A DNA stretch of 64,000 nt from Mycobacteriales bacterium (GTDB lineage: Bacteria > Actinomycetota > Actinomycetes > JALYNC01): contig JBBSHH010000002.1 in the NCBI GenBank assembly GCA_038253225.1, forward strand, positions 971-64,970, given 5' to 3'. Made by a program: the position numbers and the translations under genes. Position 1 is the first letter of the stretch; every line of letters begins with the position of its first letter. Of the stretch, positions 63,410 to 64,000 are shown in pieces. The notes beneath the pieces were generated by a model. It did not search any database. It worked only from the letters and a program-made list of their open reading frames with translations, and was not told the DNA's origin.

Positions 63410-64000
63410 CTACTCGTTCCCGCTGGCGAGCTCCCGGCTGCGGTCCCGGGCCGCCTCCAGCGCGGCCAGGAACGCGGCCCGGACGCCGTGCTTCTCGAGC
63501 TCGCGGATCGCGCTGATCGTCGTACCGGCCGGGGAGGTCACCGCCTCGCGCAGCTTCACCGGGTGCTCACCGGAGTCGCGCAGCATCACCGCGGCGCCGA
63601 GCACGGTCTGCAGGATCAGCTCGGCCGCGACCGCGCGGGGCAGGCCCAGCAGGATGCCGGCGTCGGTCATCGCCTCCACCAGGAAGTAGACGTACGCCGG
63701 CCCGCTGCCGGACAACGCCGTGACGGCGTCCTGCTGGGACTCCGGCACCCGCAACACCTTGCCGACCGGGGCGAGCAGCGCCTCGGTGCGGGCCAGGTGC
63801 TCCTCGACGGCGTGCGCACCCGGCGAGATCGCGCTCATCGCCATGTCGACCAACACCGGGGTGTTGCTCATGACCCGCACGACCGGCAGGCCGTCGGGAA
63901 GCCGCCGCTCGATGTAACGGGTGGGGATCCCGGCCGCGAGGGAGATGACCAGCCGGTCGGTCGGGATGACGTCGGCGAGCTCGTCGAGCAGCGCCGCCAT
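63410..64000 (-). CDS. proC: Pyrroline-5-carboxylate reductase, C-terminal part (gene continues beyond window end)
   Basis: MAALLDELADVIPTDRLVISLAAGIPT…VRVMSNTPVLVDMAMSAISPG…SGSGPAYVYFLVEAMTDAGILLGLPR…VTSPAGTTISAIRELE…. Confidence 0.88.
   Translation of the reverse strand: MAALLDELADVIPTDRLVISLAAGIPTRYIERRLPDGLPVVRVMSNTPVLVDMAMSAISPGAHAVEEHLARTEALLAPVGKVLRVPESQQDAVTALSGSGPAYVYFLVEAMTDAGILLGLPRAVAAELILQTVLGAAVMLRDSGEHPVKLREAVTSPAGTTISAIRELEKHGVRAAFLAALEAARDRSRELASGNE

Overview
This window is a 64 kb high-GC (about 72 %) actinobacterial chromosomal segment, almost entirely on the minus strand, devoted to respiratory-chain biogenesis. Gene order resembles the Mycobacterium/Streptomyces proC, hem, ccs, men block. 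From left to right it contains:
- a frameshifted IS transposase remnant, tRNA-Tyr and yajQ;
- a second, partial complex-I-like operon (nuoA2-B2-C2-H2-I2-J2-K2-L2-M2-N2) with no D/E/F/G genes, transcribed divergently from korAB (2-oxoglutarate:ferredoxin oxidoreductase);
- a polyprenyl-diphosphate synthase gene;
- the complete 14-gene nuoA-N operon, with overlapping start/stop codons at most junctions;
- menaquinone genes (menJ-like reductase, menG/ubiE), a DUF4229 protein, an Lrp regulator and bldC;
- cytochrome c maturation system II (ccsB, resB, ccdA, resA);
- a histidine phosphatase, hemL, an eRF1-like protein, hemB, cobA/hemD, hemC, hemA and rex, with a Rex operator upstream;
- DUF349, HtrA, a glutaredoxin-like protein, a CAP-domain protein, a response regulator, a HAD hydrolase, PlsC, an epimerase, a DUF62 protein, an unlisted 32-aa ribosomal protein bS22 gene, an HTH protein, AcuC/HDAC, a MacAB-like ABC efflux system, a PNPOx-family protein and the 3' part of proC.
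Many long ORFs in the track are GC-frame antisense artefacts or read-through fusions; real gene starts were re-derived from conserved N-termini and start/stop overlaps. ORF-track coordinates include stop codons, and manual indexing may be off by 1 nt in places. The most interesting unit is the NADH-module-less, NuoD-less nuo2 cluster paired with korAB, a candidate ferredoxin-driven complex-I-like enzyme.
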